A stretch of 64,000 nt of DNA. Origin: Candidatus Cloacimonadales bacterium (GTDB taxonomy: Bacteria > Cloacimonadota > Cloacimonadia > Cloacimonadales > JAIOQZ01). Both the position numbers and the translations under genes were made by a program. The notes below the pieces were generated by a model. It worked only from the letters and a program-made list of their open reading frames with translations, ran no database searches and was not told the DNA's origin. Of the stretch, positions 50,509 through 61,455 are shown piece after piece (positions within the stretch are counted from its first letter, which is position 1; each line of letters starts with the position of its first letter). The stretch spans positions 1,504,001 to 1,568,000 of the forward strand of contig OY762463.1 in assembly GCA_963665815.1 (NCBI GenBank), read 5' to 3'.

Positions 50509-51252
50509 ATGCAGTTTTTTGCTTCAACAGATGTTGGCTGTAAAAAGAAAACAAACGAAGACTATATTCTGACATCAGTTAACATTGATGCAGACAGCAA
50601 ACGTGAGAAAGGACAGTTGTTTATACTGTGTGATGGTCTTGGTGGAGCTTCTGAGGGTGATTATGCCAGTAAGTACGTTGCAGAAGAACTGCTTCGCAAG
50701 TACTATGAACAGAAAATCAGAGAACCCTTTAATGAAGCCGTGAGCAACCTGCTTGTAAAGATAAATGAAAACCTCAGAAAACACAGTAAGAGAAGCTATG
50801 GTTTCTACTGTATGGGAACAACTATTGCTTCTGTCGTTGTAAAAGAAAACAGACTATACTATAATTCTGTGGGGGATTCCAGGATTTATATCCTGAGAAA
50901 CGGAAAATTGAAACAGATTAGTGAAGACCACTCTGAAGTATGGAAACTTTACAAACGTAATCTGATTTCCAAAGAGCAGATTAAAGATCATCCATTAAAC
51001 AATATGGTTACCTCAGCACTCGGATTCAGCCAGGAATTCAATATATGCCAAGGTGAACTAAAACTGGAAAACGATGATTTTATTTTACTTTGTAGTGACG
51101 GTCTTACCGATACTATTGACGATATTGACATAGAGAAAAAGCTCAATGAATCATTGGACATTGACGATAAAGTTAACTCTCTTATTGTCTTATCGAAAAA
51201 GCAGGAATGCACAGATAATATATCAGTTATTCTCATTAATCATACAATCTGA
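50509..51252 (+). CDS. PP2C/PPM-family protein phosphatase
   Basis: NED, CDGLGG, MGTT, VGDSR, DHS, LCSDGL, DNIS. Confidence 0.92.
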   Translation: MQFFASTDVGCKKKTNEDYILTSVNIDADSKREKGQLFILCDGLGGASEGDYASKYVAEELLRKYYEQKIREPFNEAVSNLLVKINENLRKHSKRSYGFYCMGTTIASVVVKENRLYYNSVGDSRIYILRNGKLKQISEDHSEVWKLYKRNLISKEQIKDHPLNNMVTSALGFSQEFNICQGELKLENDDFILLCSDGLTDTIDDIDIEKKLNESLDIDDKVNSLIVLSKKQECTDNISVILINHTI

Positions 51253-51344
51253 CAAAGCATGATTTAATTAACAATATTGAAACACAATTTCTCTCAAAAT
51301 TACTTGACACAATAAATCCAACCTTGAAATTATAACAAAGCAGT

Positions 51345-51431
51345 GCCGAAGTGGTGAAATTGGTAAACGCAGTGGATTCAAAATCCACCGTCAGTAATGG
51401 CTTGCCGGTTCGAGTCCGGCCTTCGGTACCA
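51345..51431 (+). tRNA. tRNA-Leu (anticodon CAA)
   Basis: GCCGAAG acceptor stem, anticodon arm GTGGA-TTCAAAA-TCCAC, long variable arm, GGTTCGAGTCC, encoded CCA. Confidence 0.97.
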
Positions 51432-51539
51432 TATTTATCAAGGAGTAATATATAAACTTTTGTTATAAAAAAAATACATTTCATAGCTCATAAAGAGTGG
51501 TGTTTATAAACTGTTACAATATCGTGGAGGATAAATAAA

Positions 51540-52646
51540 ATGAGAATAAAAAGAATGATAATTATGTGTATTGCCTTTGCAATATTGCTGCCTGTATCAC
51601 TTTCAGCTATTTCTGAAGCTGCGATGTTATGGATGCTTATTGAACCAAGTGCAAGATCTAACGGTATGGCTAATGCTTATATTGCTCAAGTGGATGACGC
51701 ATTCTCAACCTACTGGTGTACTGCAGCACTTGCATACACTGACAAAACTTCACTTGTATTCCAGCACTCTAACTGGCTGGGTGGAGTGAAAGACATTGAT
51801 GACATTTATCTTGAATACCTTGCAGCATCAACTTATATTCCAGAGATTGGTAATGTTGGTGCTTTCATACACTTTTTAACAACCGGTGAACACATCAGAA
51901 CATCCGAAGACAGCCCTAATGAAGTAAGTAAATTCAAATCCTGGGAAGTTGTATTTGGTGGTTCATGGGCATATCGTGTCAGCAGAGAACTTGCTGCCGG
52001 TGTTAACGTAAAAATACTTTACAGTCACCTTTCTCCAGAAGGAACAGGTGAAACTGAACAGGGTAAAGCAGGAGAAGGATATTCCTGGGCTATTGACCTT
52101 TCTGCAAAATATACACTTCAGAAAAATCAGCAGAATTATGCTCCAGGAACTCTTCCATACTATCTTAACTCATTCAGTTTTGCATGGTCTTTATCCAATA
52201 TGGGACCTGATATTTCCTATATCAATGAAGATCAGGCAGATCCATTGCCAATGAACTGGAGAATGGGAGTTTCTTCCAGAGTACTTCACGACCAGTTTCA
52301 CACATTAGTTATCAACATGGACGTAGACAAACTTCTTGCAACAAGAGATGATACTGTTCTGGAAACTTTCATTAATGCCTGGTCAGATGAGGATCTGCAG
52401 TATGAGCTTGATTCAGCTATTTATCATATTGGTGCTGAATATAAGTATCTTAACATGATCAGCCTCAGAGGTGGTTATATAAGAGATAAAGCAGGTAGCA
52501 TGGAAGGATTATCTTTTGGTGTTGGTTTTGAAGTAAATGCAAAAATTATGGGACCGGATGACAGATTATTTGTTGATTACGGATTACACCATGGTGGTGA
52601 TCTTGTAAACTACAACCATATTCTTTCAATTGGTCTTGATTTCTAA
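51540..52646 (+). CDS. porV: PorV/PorQ-family outer-membrane beta-barrel (T9SS CTD shuttle-like)
   Basis: LIEPSARSNGMANAYIA, HSNWL, NMGPDISY...ADPLPMNWRMG, GAEY...LRGGY; terminal Phe. Confidence 0.8.
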   Translation: MRIKRMIIMCIAFAILLPVSLSAISEAAMLWMLIEPSARSNGMANAYIAQVDDAFSTYWCTAALAYTDKTSLVFQHSNWLGGVKDIDDIYLEYLAASTYIPEIGNVGAFIHFLTTGEHIRTSEDSPNEVSKFKSWEVVFGGSWAYRVSRELAAGVNVKILYSHLSPEGTGETEQGKAGEGYSWAIDLSAKYTLQKNQQNYAPGTLPYYLNSFSFAWSLSNMGPDISYINEDQADPLPMNWRMGVSSRVLHDQFHTLVINMDVDKLLATRDDTVLETFINAWSDEDLQYELDSAIYHIGAEYKYLNMISLRGGYIRDKAGSMEGLSFGVGFEVNAKIMGPDDRLFVDYGLHHGGDLVNYNHILSIGLDF

Positions 52647-52649
52647 AAT

Positions 52650-55600
52650 ATGCATTTGAACATAAAGAAAATTGCTTTTGTTTTTCTGTTTCTGCTGACT
52701 TTGCTTTATGCACACAAAATTAAGGTGCAAAAAGGAAATATGAACAGCAGAATAAGAAAAACGAGTATTGTAGAGCAGAAATTCAGTGGACCAAACAGGC
52801 AGAAAAGCAGAACTCTTTCAAGTCCAAGATTAGGAGAAAACCTCCTTGTTATGCTTGTTGACTTTCAGGAAGACGATGACCCGCTCACTACCGGAAACGG
52901 GAAATTTCTTACAGAATCGGATTCTCTTTATCCAATTTCTGTAGGAAAACCTCCCCATGACAGAAATTACTTTGAACTTCAAATTGCTGCATTAAGGACT
53001 TATTATAACAGCGTTAGCTTTGGAGAATACAATCTTGATTTCACTGTCATGCCGAGAGATTCTGCTTACACTTTACCTCATGAAATGAGCTATTACCACC
53101 CTAATACAACAAACGGTGACCTTAAGACAGAACGTTTTGAAGAATATTTTCATGATGTTATTACAACTGTTGATAAAGATCAGCATATTGTCTTTTCGAA
53201 CTACGATCATTTCATGGTGATACATGCCGGTTCAGAATGGCAGCATGATGTTTTAGGTGATACTCCATGTGATCTTCCCTCTTTTTTCCTGCGAATTGGA
53301 ACAGGTAAGGAAGAGTGGGTTGATGACAGTACAAAAGTTGTAACTCATTTCTGTAATGTCCCTGAAATGACATCTCAGGATTTTACTACAACCGAACAGA
53401 ATGGAACTTCGTTCATTGATGGATATGGAGCAGTAAATGCAGTTTATGCTCACGAATTCGGACACTCTTTAGGATTGCCTGACTTATACAATGTCTTTAA
53501 CTTCAGTCCATCTGTCGGCTATTGGGATATTATGGACAGTGGTGGTTCTGCAGAACTGACCCTCGAAGCAGATGCAGGTATTTACTCTATCGAAGGCCCC
53601 ATCCCGGCATTCCCCGGAGCATGGTCAAGAGCATTTCTCTGGAACGATTATTTCAGAGAAAGAGGATTTCTGAAAGATATAACAGAATTTGATCTTTCTG
53701 AACCAATTGAACTTTTTGCAGCTACCAGAAGACCTGGAACTCATGAAGTTCTGGGAAAAAATCAGGCTTATATTGTGAAAATTCCAATAAACGAAGATGA
53801 ATATTTTCTTATTGAGAACCGTCAGACAGATCATGATAAGGATGGTCCAACTTCTCTCGTAACAGCAGATGAACCGGATAGTGCAAGAAGAGTAATTCTT
53901 TTCCCTGCTGGTTTTGATGATGCTTTCAATACTGCAGATGAGTATGACTTCAGTTTACCGGGCTGGGTAGATGATCAAACCCTGGCATACGGTGGAGGAT
54001 TAGTTATCTGGCGTGTTAATGATCGTATCATGTTCCGCGAAGGTATTACTGATGGTGATGAATTCCAGTCCAACTTTGACGCTAACAGAATCAATATATA
54101 TACAAAATACCGAGGAGTTCAGATTGTTGAAGCAGATGGACTTTTCGACTTGGGCAATGCATCCTCCCTCTATTGGAATGGAACAGTTTACGAGCCTTTT
54201 TACAAGTTTAAACCTGATTTAGATGCATATGGTAACTTTACAGGCTGGTCTCTGGATCTATTTAATCCGAGATTTAATCCTTCAACTACCCCTGCATTTG
54301 AAGATGAAAACGGCATACCTATTATGTTCGATTTGTATGACATTGATTCTGATCATTATTACGATCCCCTGAGAGTTGCTCCGGAGATAGTAAGCTTCAG
54401 ATTCAAGAGCTACCTTTTTGATAATACTTATACTGTTGATACGGACAACATTGTACCGTTGAAAATAGGATGCAGCTCTAATACAAACAACAATACTGAG
54501 ATCCCTGTTGTTACAGAAAATGGTGTAAATTTCCTTCAATTCAACGATGGAAGTTTTGAGGATATCTACGGTGATATTGATTATGGTTTTACTCATAAAT
54601 ATGCACCTGCTGCAATACCTGAGAATGGCAACCAATACGTTGCCTGCAGTACTAATGAGCTTTTTCTTATTAATGACTATAGAATAGAGCACCAGACAAC
54701 TCTCAACTCAACTTTACAACAGCAGCCAGTTCCGGTTTTACTGAATAATGAGCTCTTTATTGCAGCATTTCTGGAAGACGGTTTGACGTTATATAATCAT
54801 GACTTTACAGAAACTCTTCTTGAGAATGTTCAAGACGTTAAATACTTGAGTTATTACGAAAATAATTTATATGTGTTTTTCTCTGATAACATTGTCATGT
54901 ACAGCTTGAATGATGGTCTTCTGGAACTGGAAAACGGGCAGCCGGATCTTTCAAATAATCCTGATATCAGGATTGGCAACTACAAACCTGTTGTTTACAT
55001 CGATGAAACTAATACTCACCGCGATGCAATATTCTTTCAGAATGAAAATGGGTATCTTTACATGCTAAAAGACAATAAAACAAAGATGCTTCATGATTAT
55101 TCTAATTTTACTACAGATAAGCCAACTCAAATAGCTATTGGTAAAACTGTTGATAACATGCTTCCTGCAATTACTTATGGGGCAGGCAATTATTGTTTCA
55201 TGCTTGATATCAATGGAACATATTTTGAAAGATTCCCTCTGGAAATGTACAAAAAGACTTTCGAACCGGAATCTCATGTAAGGATAATCAGATTCAATAA
55301 TATTAACTGGACATACCTGAAAACAGATATTGGTGAATATGTAGCTGTAAATCCGGAAGGCTACAGAAACAAATCTTATTCACTTAACTGGCAGAGAAGC
55401 AGTATGTATTCAGATCATATTTTCTGGAATGCTTCTTCAAATGAAATGCTCTATACAACGGTCATTTATGACGGATCAAAACCCGAAATACTTGTCCATG
55501 TTAAAGAAGATGTCTACACTGATCCGATAATATGGAATGGGTCGGATGCCAACAACAATGTATATGTAAATACTGAAGTGTTGAATCCGGAGCAAAGCAA

Positions 55601-55856
55601 TGGAAAACCATTCGTTTTTCCTAATCCCTGTTCTATAAATGAGCTTAGAATCAGAATTGAAAACCTGAACTCTGATGCCATAGTTAAAATTTACGATATT
55701 GCCGGAAATCTGATATTCACTCAGGAATATTCAAACATGAACACTGCTTACCAGGATCTTGTAGTAGATGTATCAGGTAAAAGCAGTGGAATATATATAG
55801 CTCACATAAAATACAATGGTAAAGCTGAAAGACTCAAATTCAGCATTATTAGATAA
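52650..55856 (+). CDS. M6 (immune inhibitor A-like) metalloprotease with C-terminal T9SS-like sorting domain
   Basis: HEFGHSLGLPDLY, WDIMDSG, EYFLIENRQ; C-terminal FPNP...KIYDIAGN...SGIY. Confidence 0.85.
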   Translation: MHLNIKKIAFVFLFLLTLLYAHKIKVQKGNMNSRIRKTSIVEQKFSGPNRQKSRTLSSPRLGENLLVMLVDFQEDDDPLTTGNGKFLTESDSLYPISVGKPPHDRNYFELQIAALRTYYNSVSFGEYNLDFTVMPRDSAYTLPHEMSYYHPNTTNGDLKTERFEEYFHDVITTVDKDQHIVFSNYDHFMVIHAGSEWQHDVLGDTPCDLPSFFLRIGTGKEEWVDDSTKVVTHFCNVPEMTSQDFTTTEQNGTSFIDGYGAVNAVYAHEFGHSLGLPDLYNVFNFSPSVGYWDIMDSGGSAELTLEADAGIYSIEGPIPAFPGAWSRAFLWNDYFRERGFLKDITEFDLSEPIELFAATRRPGTHEVLGKNQAYIVKIPINEDEYFLIENRQTDHDKDGPTSLVTADEPDSARRVILFPAGFDDAFNTADEYDFSLPGWVDDQTLAYGGGLVIWRVNDRIMFREGITDGDEFQSNFDANRINIYTKYRGVQIVEADGLFDLGNASSLYWNGTVYEPFYKFKPDLDAYGNFTGWSLDLFNPRFNPSTTPAFEDENGIPIMFDLYDIDSDHYYDPLRVAPEIVSFRFKSYLFDNTYTVDTDNIVPLKIGCSSNTNNNTEIPVVTENGVNFLQFNDGSFEDIYGDIDYGFTHKYAPAAIPENGNQYVACSTNELFLINDYRIEHQTTLNSTLQQQPVPVLLNNELFIAAFLEDGLTLYNHDFTETLLENVQDVKYLSYYENNLYVFFSDNIVMYSLNDGLLELENGQPDLSNNPDIRIGNYKPVVYIDETNTHRDAIFFQNENGYLYMLKDNKTKMLHDYSNFTTDKPTQIAIGKTVDNMLPAITYGAGNYCFMLDINGTYFERFPLEMYKKTFEPESHVRIIRFNNINWTYLKTDIGEYVAVNPEGYRNKSYSLNWQRSSMYSDHIFWNASSNEMLYTTVIYDGSKPEILVHVKEDVYTDPIIWNGSDANNNVYVNTEVLNPEQSNGKPFVFPNPCSINELRIRIENLNSDAIVKIYDIAGNLIFTQEYSNMNTAYQDLVVDVSGKSSGIYIAHIKYNGKAERLKFSIIR

Positions 55857-55868
55857 CGGAGGAAAACT

Positions 55869-56924
55869 ATGAAAAAATACTTACTTCTGCTTTTGGTAGC
55901 CCTCTTTCTGACTCCGGTATTTTCTCAGGAAATCGAACCTTTTACTGAAGACACTGAAGAAAAGGAAAAACCTGTAGTAATTAAAAATGAAAAATCAGAT
56001 GAACAGAAAAAAGAAATGAAACAGGATTTTGAGAAAAAACTGGAAAAGCAAAATGATGAAACTCAGATCATTGGAAGCAGATATAAAAGAAAATCCCCTG
56101 TTGGAGCATTGTTTATGTCAGCGGTTGTACCCGGTGCAGGTCAGTTTTATGTTGATAAAACCAGTGTAAGTTCATATATATTTATGGCTGTTGATGTTGC
56201 CTTGATATACTTAATGCACGATTTTAACAAGAAAGGTGACGATATCGAAGAAGACTATAAACGATATGCTGAATTACATTATAATTCCGTAAGGCAGTTT
56301 AAAGTACAACAGGAATTGATAAATATCATCCCTGCAACGGCTGTGAAAGATGATCACTATAATCAGGCTTTGTACGGTTTAGATACAATTGAAGATAGAC
56401 CTATAAATGAAATTCAACTTATCCACGAAAATGGTGAGTATAGAACTCAACACTTCTACGAAGATATCGGGAAATATAACAGATATATTTTCGGATGGGA
56501 TGACTGGGGAGAAGAATGTATTCAGAATTATGATGAGTTCAAAATTAATCCTGCAACGACAGATCCTTTTGTTGAATGGATATGGAGAAGTTCTGATCCT
56601 GGAGTAGATCCGGAAGACGACCCTGATCATACCTGGATCGGTAATGCAAGTTATACTAATGACCAGGACAATTACAAATATACTGCCAATAGAGCAGTCT
56701 ATATCAGAATGAGACAGGATGCTGAAGAAGAACATGATAAAGCTACAATGTGTAGTTTTATGCTCTTTGGAAATCACCTAGTAAGTTCAATTCATGCAAG
56801 AATAGCTGCAAGAAATTACAATGCTCAACATCTTACAACAAGCACGAAAACAAGGTTTCATATTACTTCAAAAATGTATAACAATAATCTGACCCCTGTT
56901 TTTATGCTCACAAAAAGGTTCTGA
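55869..56924 (+). CDS. DUF5683-like protein, paralog 1
   Basis: Signal peptide; KSPVGALFMSAVVPGAGQFY; NHLVSSIHA; terminal strand ending in F. Confidence 0.6.
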   Translation: MKKYLLLLLVALFLTPVFSQEIEPFTEDTEEKEKPVVIKNEKSDEQKKEMKQDFEKKLEKQNDETQIIGSRYKRKSPVGALFMSAVVPGAGQFYVDKTSVSSYIFMAVDVALIYLMHDFNKKGDDIEEDYKRYAELHYNSVRQFKVQQELINIIPATAVKDDHYNQALYGLDTIEDRPINEIQLIHENGEYRTQHFYEDIGKYNRYIFGWDDWGEECIQNYDEFKINPATTDPFVEWIWRSSDPGVDPEDDPDHTWIGNASYTNDQDNYKYTANRAVYIRMRQDAEEEHDKATMCSFMLFGNHLVSSIHARIAARNYNAQHLTTSTKTRFHITSKMYNNNLTPVFMLTKRF

Positions 56925-56925
56925 T

Positions 56926-57600
56926 ATGAATCGAAGATTACTCCTTGCTTTTCTCGTTTTAGCAATTGTGTGTTCAATCAGTGCTGAAACTAAATCTGTT
57001 AAAAAGGCAGCTTTGTTGTCCCTGTTAATGCCCGGAGCCGGAGAAGTATATACAGAACGTCATAAAAAAGCGATTTTTTTTATGAGTACAGAAGTAGTAA
57101 TTCTTATGTCATATGCCTACATGAGTTCTGAAGTAGATAATGCAATTGACTCTTATAAAATGTATGCGGAACAATATGCAAACAGTGATTTCAACGAATC
57201 CGATGACTATTTTCAGATTATGCATGATAATTACAGTTTCGATGAGTACAATGCTGATATAGAAAGAAGAGCAAGAAATTATTATCTTCTTTATAAGAAT
57301 GATCCCTCCGAGTATCAAAAATACCTTGATGCTAATCTTATGGCTGAGAATACACGCTGGGAATGGGAAGATAAGGGAAAATGGATAGAGTACAGGGAAA
57401 TGCGTAAAGACAAGCAAAACCTCAAAATTATGGCAAATTTCCTTGTTGCTGCATCTCTTCTGAATAGAGTTGTCAGCACAATTGATGCAGTTGCTTCTGC
57501 CAAAAGATTCAACGCTTCCCAAAGTAGAACTTCCAGAATATATGTAAAACCCGATCTTAAAAAGAGAGGAATAAGGCTTCATTATGAATTCAAATTTTAA
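56926..57600 (+). CDS. DUF5683-like protein, paralog 2
   Basis: KAALLSLLMPGAGEVY; LNRVVSTIDA; terminal YEFKF. Confidence 0.6.
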   Translation: MNRRLLLAFLVLAIVCSISAETKSVKKAALLSLLMPGAGEVYTERHKKAIFFMSTEVVILMSYAYMSSEVDNAIDSYKMYAEQYANSDFNESDDYFQIMHDNYSFDEYNADIERRARNYYLLYKNDPSEYQKYLDANLMAENTRWEWEDKGKWIEYREMRKDKQNLKIMANFLVAASLLNRVVSTIDAVASAKRFNASQSRTSRIYVKPDLKKRGIRLHYEFKF

Positions 57601-58261
57601 AATCATTATCTTGATATTCCTGCTGTCAGCAATGTGTCTGCATGCAGCTCCATCTCCAAAAGCTAAATCATTCCTTAAATCCATTATTATTCCTGGATGG
57701 GGAGAAGTTTCTAATGGAGATAAAACAGGATATATTCATTTTGCAGCTGAGATACTGCTGTTCTCAACAAAGTACTACTATCAGAATCAGGCAGATGTAT
57801 ACAATACTAATGCCGAAGACTGTGCTCTAAAGTATTCAGGTATAGAATCAATGAACATAACTAATCAACATAAAGTTGATCTCGGTAAATATGATTCTTC
57901 AGGTTATGGACCTAATGGTTATAATGCCTATATTCTTCAATCTATGCATTATGATTATCCTGATTTAACAGAACAGGAACAAATTGATTTCCTTGCAGAA
58001 CATACATATTCTGATGAATTGGGTTGGGACTGGGATTCAGGAGCTCACAGAGCAAAATATCGTGTATACAGGAAAAAAAACATGGATTTCAAAGATAAGG
58101 CTAAAGTGATGACTAGTGCAATTATTATGAATCACCTTGCCAGTGGAATTCATTCAATGTTTTCCTCTGCCAGAAAGGCAAATAAAAATAAACAGGTTAA
58201 GTTTGGTGTAAGTACAAATAAAGACGATAATCTGCTTCTTACTGCAATCGTAAGATTCTGA
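57584..58261 (+). CDS. DUF5683-like protein, paralog 3
   Basis: LKSIIIPGWGEV; MNHLASGIHS; terminal IVRF. Confidence 0.6.
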   Translation: MNSNFKIIILIFLLSAMCLHAAPSPKAKSFLKSIIIPGWGEVSNGDKTGYIHFAAEILLFSTKYYYQNQADVYNTNAEDCALKYSGIESMNITNQHKVDLGKYDSSGYGPNGYNAYILQSMHYDYPDLTEQEQIDFLAEHTYSDELGWDWDSGAHRAKYRVYRKKNMDFKDKAKVMTSAIIMNHLASGIHSMFSSARKANKNKQVKFGVSTNKDDNLLLTAIVRF

Positions 58262-58850
58262 TTAACAGAGCAACTGAACTTAAAACTATCAAAAAAAGAT
58301 TATTAATAAAAATTCTGACTTCGAAATTACTCGGAGTCTTTTTTTTTATGCTTATCTCCGCTGCATCCTGAAGACAATTTGTGAATAACTCAGCAATTAA
58401 TGAAATAGATAAATAGTCCTTCAGAGTATATCTGGCAGCACTTTTCCTGATCATGTGAAAATATACTGTTAAATATGCGTAGAACCTCAGAAAGACGTTA
58501 TTTTGAATCAGAACATCATATTCTGTCAGATACTCAAAGCTATGCTGAACAATCAAAGACAGGAATAGAAAATATGATATTTTTACAATCAGTGTAATCA
58601 GAAAGGTAAATCCGTTATCATAGAATATTGAAAGCACTCCAATAGCAATAAATACAGGTAGAATTTTCAATTGCAGTTTAACAAGATCATTTATCTTTAT
58701 CCTTGCAATGATCACAGATAAGATGATAGAGATAACATATAGTGCAGCTAAAAGATGCAGACTGATTCCCCAGATTACGGGAATAGTCATAATAACAAGA
58801 CAGATTGCTGTAAGAAAATTTGCTTTTATCAATCTAAGTTGATTATTCAT
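58239..58850 (-). CDS. Hypothetical membrane protein
   Basis: Several TM segments; begins 4 nt after the TPR gene stop. Confidence 0.55.
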   Translation of the reverse strand: MNNQLRLIKANFLTAICLVIMTIPVIWGISLHLLAALYVISIILSVIIARIKINDLVKLQLKILPVFIAIGVLSIFYDNGFTFLITLIVKISYFLFLSLIVQHSFEYLTEYDVLIQNNVFLRFYAYLTVYFHMIRKSAARYTLKDYLSISLIAELFTNCLQDAAEISIKKKTPSNFEVRIFINNLFLIVLSSVALLIRILRLQ

Positions 58851-58854
58851 GATA

Positions 58855-61455
58855 CTATTCGTCTTTCTCTTTCTCCCAATCTTCCTTAATTACTTCTTTA
58901 AAATCTTCCTTGAGATCTTTCTTTTCAGCACTGTCTTTATCTTTCAATTCAGAGTCGCTATCTTTCAGTTTCTCAGCTTCAGATGCTTTCAGACTATCTT
59001 GAATTGCTGCTTCTCTAGCTTCTTCCCACTGCACTATCAGAGGTAATCGATCCAGAGATAGAAATTTTGTTCCATCATAAAATTTATTTATTTCTGTTAC
59101 AAATTCAGTGAATCTGTGGTTAGCCTTAATACTGTCAAAAACGGCCCTTGCCTTTATAGTATCATTCATTACTCTATACAGGCATAATCCTTTTGTATAC
59201 AAAATTCTGGCTTTTTCATCACCGTATGTATTTTCCTCAATTTCTTCAAGTATTGCTACACAACTATCCGGATCATCATACATTTTTACCAAGGCCTCTT
59301 CGTACAATATCTTCCTGTTTTTATCCTCAATAGTTGCAAACTCAATTGTCTCACCACTCATCATATTCTGAATTGCATTTGTATATTTACTGCCAGGGTA
59401 CTGAGAACTCATTAGATTTACAACAGAATCGGTTCTAACCGTATCAAGAATAACATTCTTGTATAGCCACCCTTTAAGGAAGTATGAGAATGGGATAAAC
59501 TCTTTTTCATATAAGCTGATAGCATTTATATACTGATCCTTGATAAGAGTTAATGAATCTATTTTTGCTATGTATATTGAATCCTGCAGCTTTTTAATCA
59601 GTTTAATCTCATTTCTCATGGAATCGATTATTGTTGAAACCGAATCCACTCTGGCAATCATCACAGTATCAATATTCACTCGATTAATCTCAATCAAACT
59701 GTCTACCTGAGATATACTGTCCCTCAATCCGGCTATTCGGTTCACAATATGAATTTGAGATTCTTCAAGCTGTTGTCTCTCAGTTTCCAGAGAATCAACA
59801 CTTTCAGCGGTATTTTCATTACCATTCATTTTCTGCATACTGAGAATATCATTTTCTATTACTCTGATTTTCTGCTTGTTTCCTGTAGAATCAGCAGCAA
59901 CTAAGGAATCAATCTTATTCCTGCGGTCAATAATCATAGAATCTATTGCATTTGCAGCTTTCTGCTTTTTAGCAGCCTGTTCCAGGTTAGCCTGAAGAGA
60001 CTTCTTAGCAGCATTGATTGAGTCCTGCCTGCTGATCAACTCGTTCAGTATTCTGTTAATATCCTCTAAATCGTTCTTATAAGTGCTGTCTTTTTTTACT
60101 GCTAAAGTATCAATAAAGGAATAGAGGCTATCTTTTGTATTTTCTGTTGCTTCAATTGCAATACTTAATGAATCAATTCGCAGATAACTCATTGTATCTT
60201 TTTGAGCTATGAATTCTGATATTTTTGTCTTCAGGGTATCCAGTTTAAGTTTATTCTGATCGTAAAGGAACAGGATGTTGTCATATACTTTCAATGCTGA
60301 ATCCGGAGCTTCCAGAACATCAAAATAATATTCTGCCAGCTTGAATTGTTCTTCTACCAGGTCTTCCAGAGATATGGTTCTTTCACTGTCTCTGAACTGT
60401 AGAATCTGAGAAGCAATTGCACTTCTTGCTTTAGCAAACTTATACAGCTCAAACGAACTGTTCACCTTATTATAAGCTTTCATCGCTTCTTCATAATTCA
60501 AAAGAATAAAAAAGTTAAGCTCTGCTTTGTAGAAATAAGCCATTGAATTGATTTCACCGGATCTATTGGTTTTTATTACATTTTCCAATATTTCACCAGC
60601 CAGTTCTGTTTCATCAGTATACATTAATGCTCTGGCTTTCAGAATCTTTGCCTGTGATACTTTTTCTGGATCAATTTCTTTCTTTATCAGGTAATCTGCC
60701 GTTTTCAGAACTTCATTATAATTCTCAAGTTCAAGATTATTTACAGCTTTTCTGTACATCGCATCAAACTTGATTGATTTCTTTGTTCTTTTCTTCAAAA
60801 GTTCATCAAGCACATTAATTGACTTCACATAATCTTTCTCATTATAGAATGACTCACTGAGCAGAATATAGCTTTCGTTGATATAATCTGATTTTGGATA
60901 ATTATCCAGCAGCTTTCTCAGATATGCTCTTGATTGTAGAATATTCTCTTCTTCCATCTGATAATCTGCTGCAAGAAACAACACTTCAGGGTGATACTTC
61001 TTCAGGTTATCATCAAGCAGATATTCCTTAATCTTCTTGAATGCATCTGATTTATTATCCAACTCATATTCAATTTTGATAATATATATTTTCGCTTCAG
61101 GTACAAACTCGCTTTTAGGATAATATTGGATAAGGTCTTCAAATTTACTCTTGCCATCCACCAGTTTTCTATGTGATTTCTGGTAATACAAACACTTGGC
61201 AAGAAGAAAAAGTGCATCATCTGCTCTGGAACTTTTTTTCAGCTCTGTCAGAATTATTCCGCATTTCTTCATACTGTCATTGTACTTCCTTACTGCTTCA
61301 GAATTTGGTCTGTTATTTCGCAGAGGTATATCCTGAGCTTCCTCAAAGTACTTTACAGCGTTGTAATATGTGTTATAATACGCCATTCTGACGCAGCCTG
61401 CTGTTAACACTAAAATCAGCAGACCAATAATAATTCTTACTCTAGTTCCGGTCAT
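58855..61455 (-). CDS. TPR/coiled-coil lipoprotein, SprE/PorW-like
   Basis: Lipobox LTAGC followed by YYNTYYNA; multiple TPRs; central coiled coil. Start is ATG 61455 or TTG 61473. Confidence 0.65.
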   Translation of the reverse strand: MTGTRVRIIIGLLILVLTAGCVRMAYYNTYYNAVKYFEEAQDIPLRNNRPNSEAVRKYNDSMKKCGIILTELKKSSRADDALFLLAKCLYYQKSHRKLVDGKSKFEDLIQYYPKSEFVPEAKIYIIKIEYELDNKSDAFKKIKEYLLDDNLKKYHPEVLFLAADYQMEEENILQSRAYLRKLLDNYPKSDYINESYILLSESFYNEKDYVKSINVLDELLKKRTKKSIKFDAMYRKAVNNLELENYNEVLKTADYLIKKEIDPEKVSQAKILKARALMYTDETELAGEILENVIKTNRSGEINSMAYFYKAELNFFILLNYEEAMKAYNKVNSSFELYKFAKARSAIASQILQFRDSERTISLEDLVEEQFKLAEYYFDVLEAPDSALKVYDNILFLYDQNKLKLDTLKTKISEFIAQKDTMSYLRIDSLSIAIEATENTKDSLYSFIDTLAVKKDSTYKNDLEDINRILNELISRQDSINAAKKSLQANLEQAAKKQKAANAIDSMIIDRRNKIDSLVAADSTGNKQKIRVIENDILSMQKMNGNENTAESVDSLETERQQLEESQIHIVNRIAGLRDSISQVDSLIEINRVNIDTVMIARVDSVSTIIDSMRNEIKLIKKLQDSIYIAKIDSLTLIKDQYINAISLYEKEFIPFSYFLKGWLYKNVILDTVRTDSVVNLMSSQYPGSKYTNAIQNMMSGETIEFATIEDKNRKILYEEALVKMYDDPDSCVAILEEIEENTYGDEKARILYTKGLCLYRVMNDTIKARAVFDSIKANHRFTEFVTEINKFYDGTKFLSLDRLPLIVQWEEAREAAIQDSLKASEAEKLKDSDSELKDKDSAEKKDLKEDFKEVIKEDWEKEKDE

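Noticed and set aside
51236-51484. 82-aa minus-strand ORF, and tRNA-Leu as a possible integration site
   Set aside because: The ORF is antisense to the tRNA; no integrase or duplicated tRNA 3' end was seen
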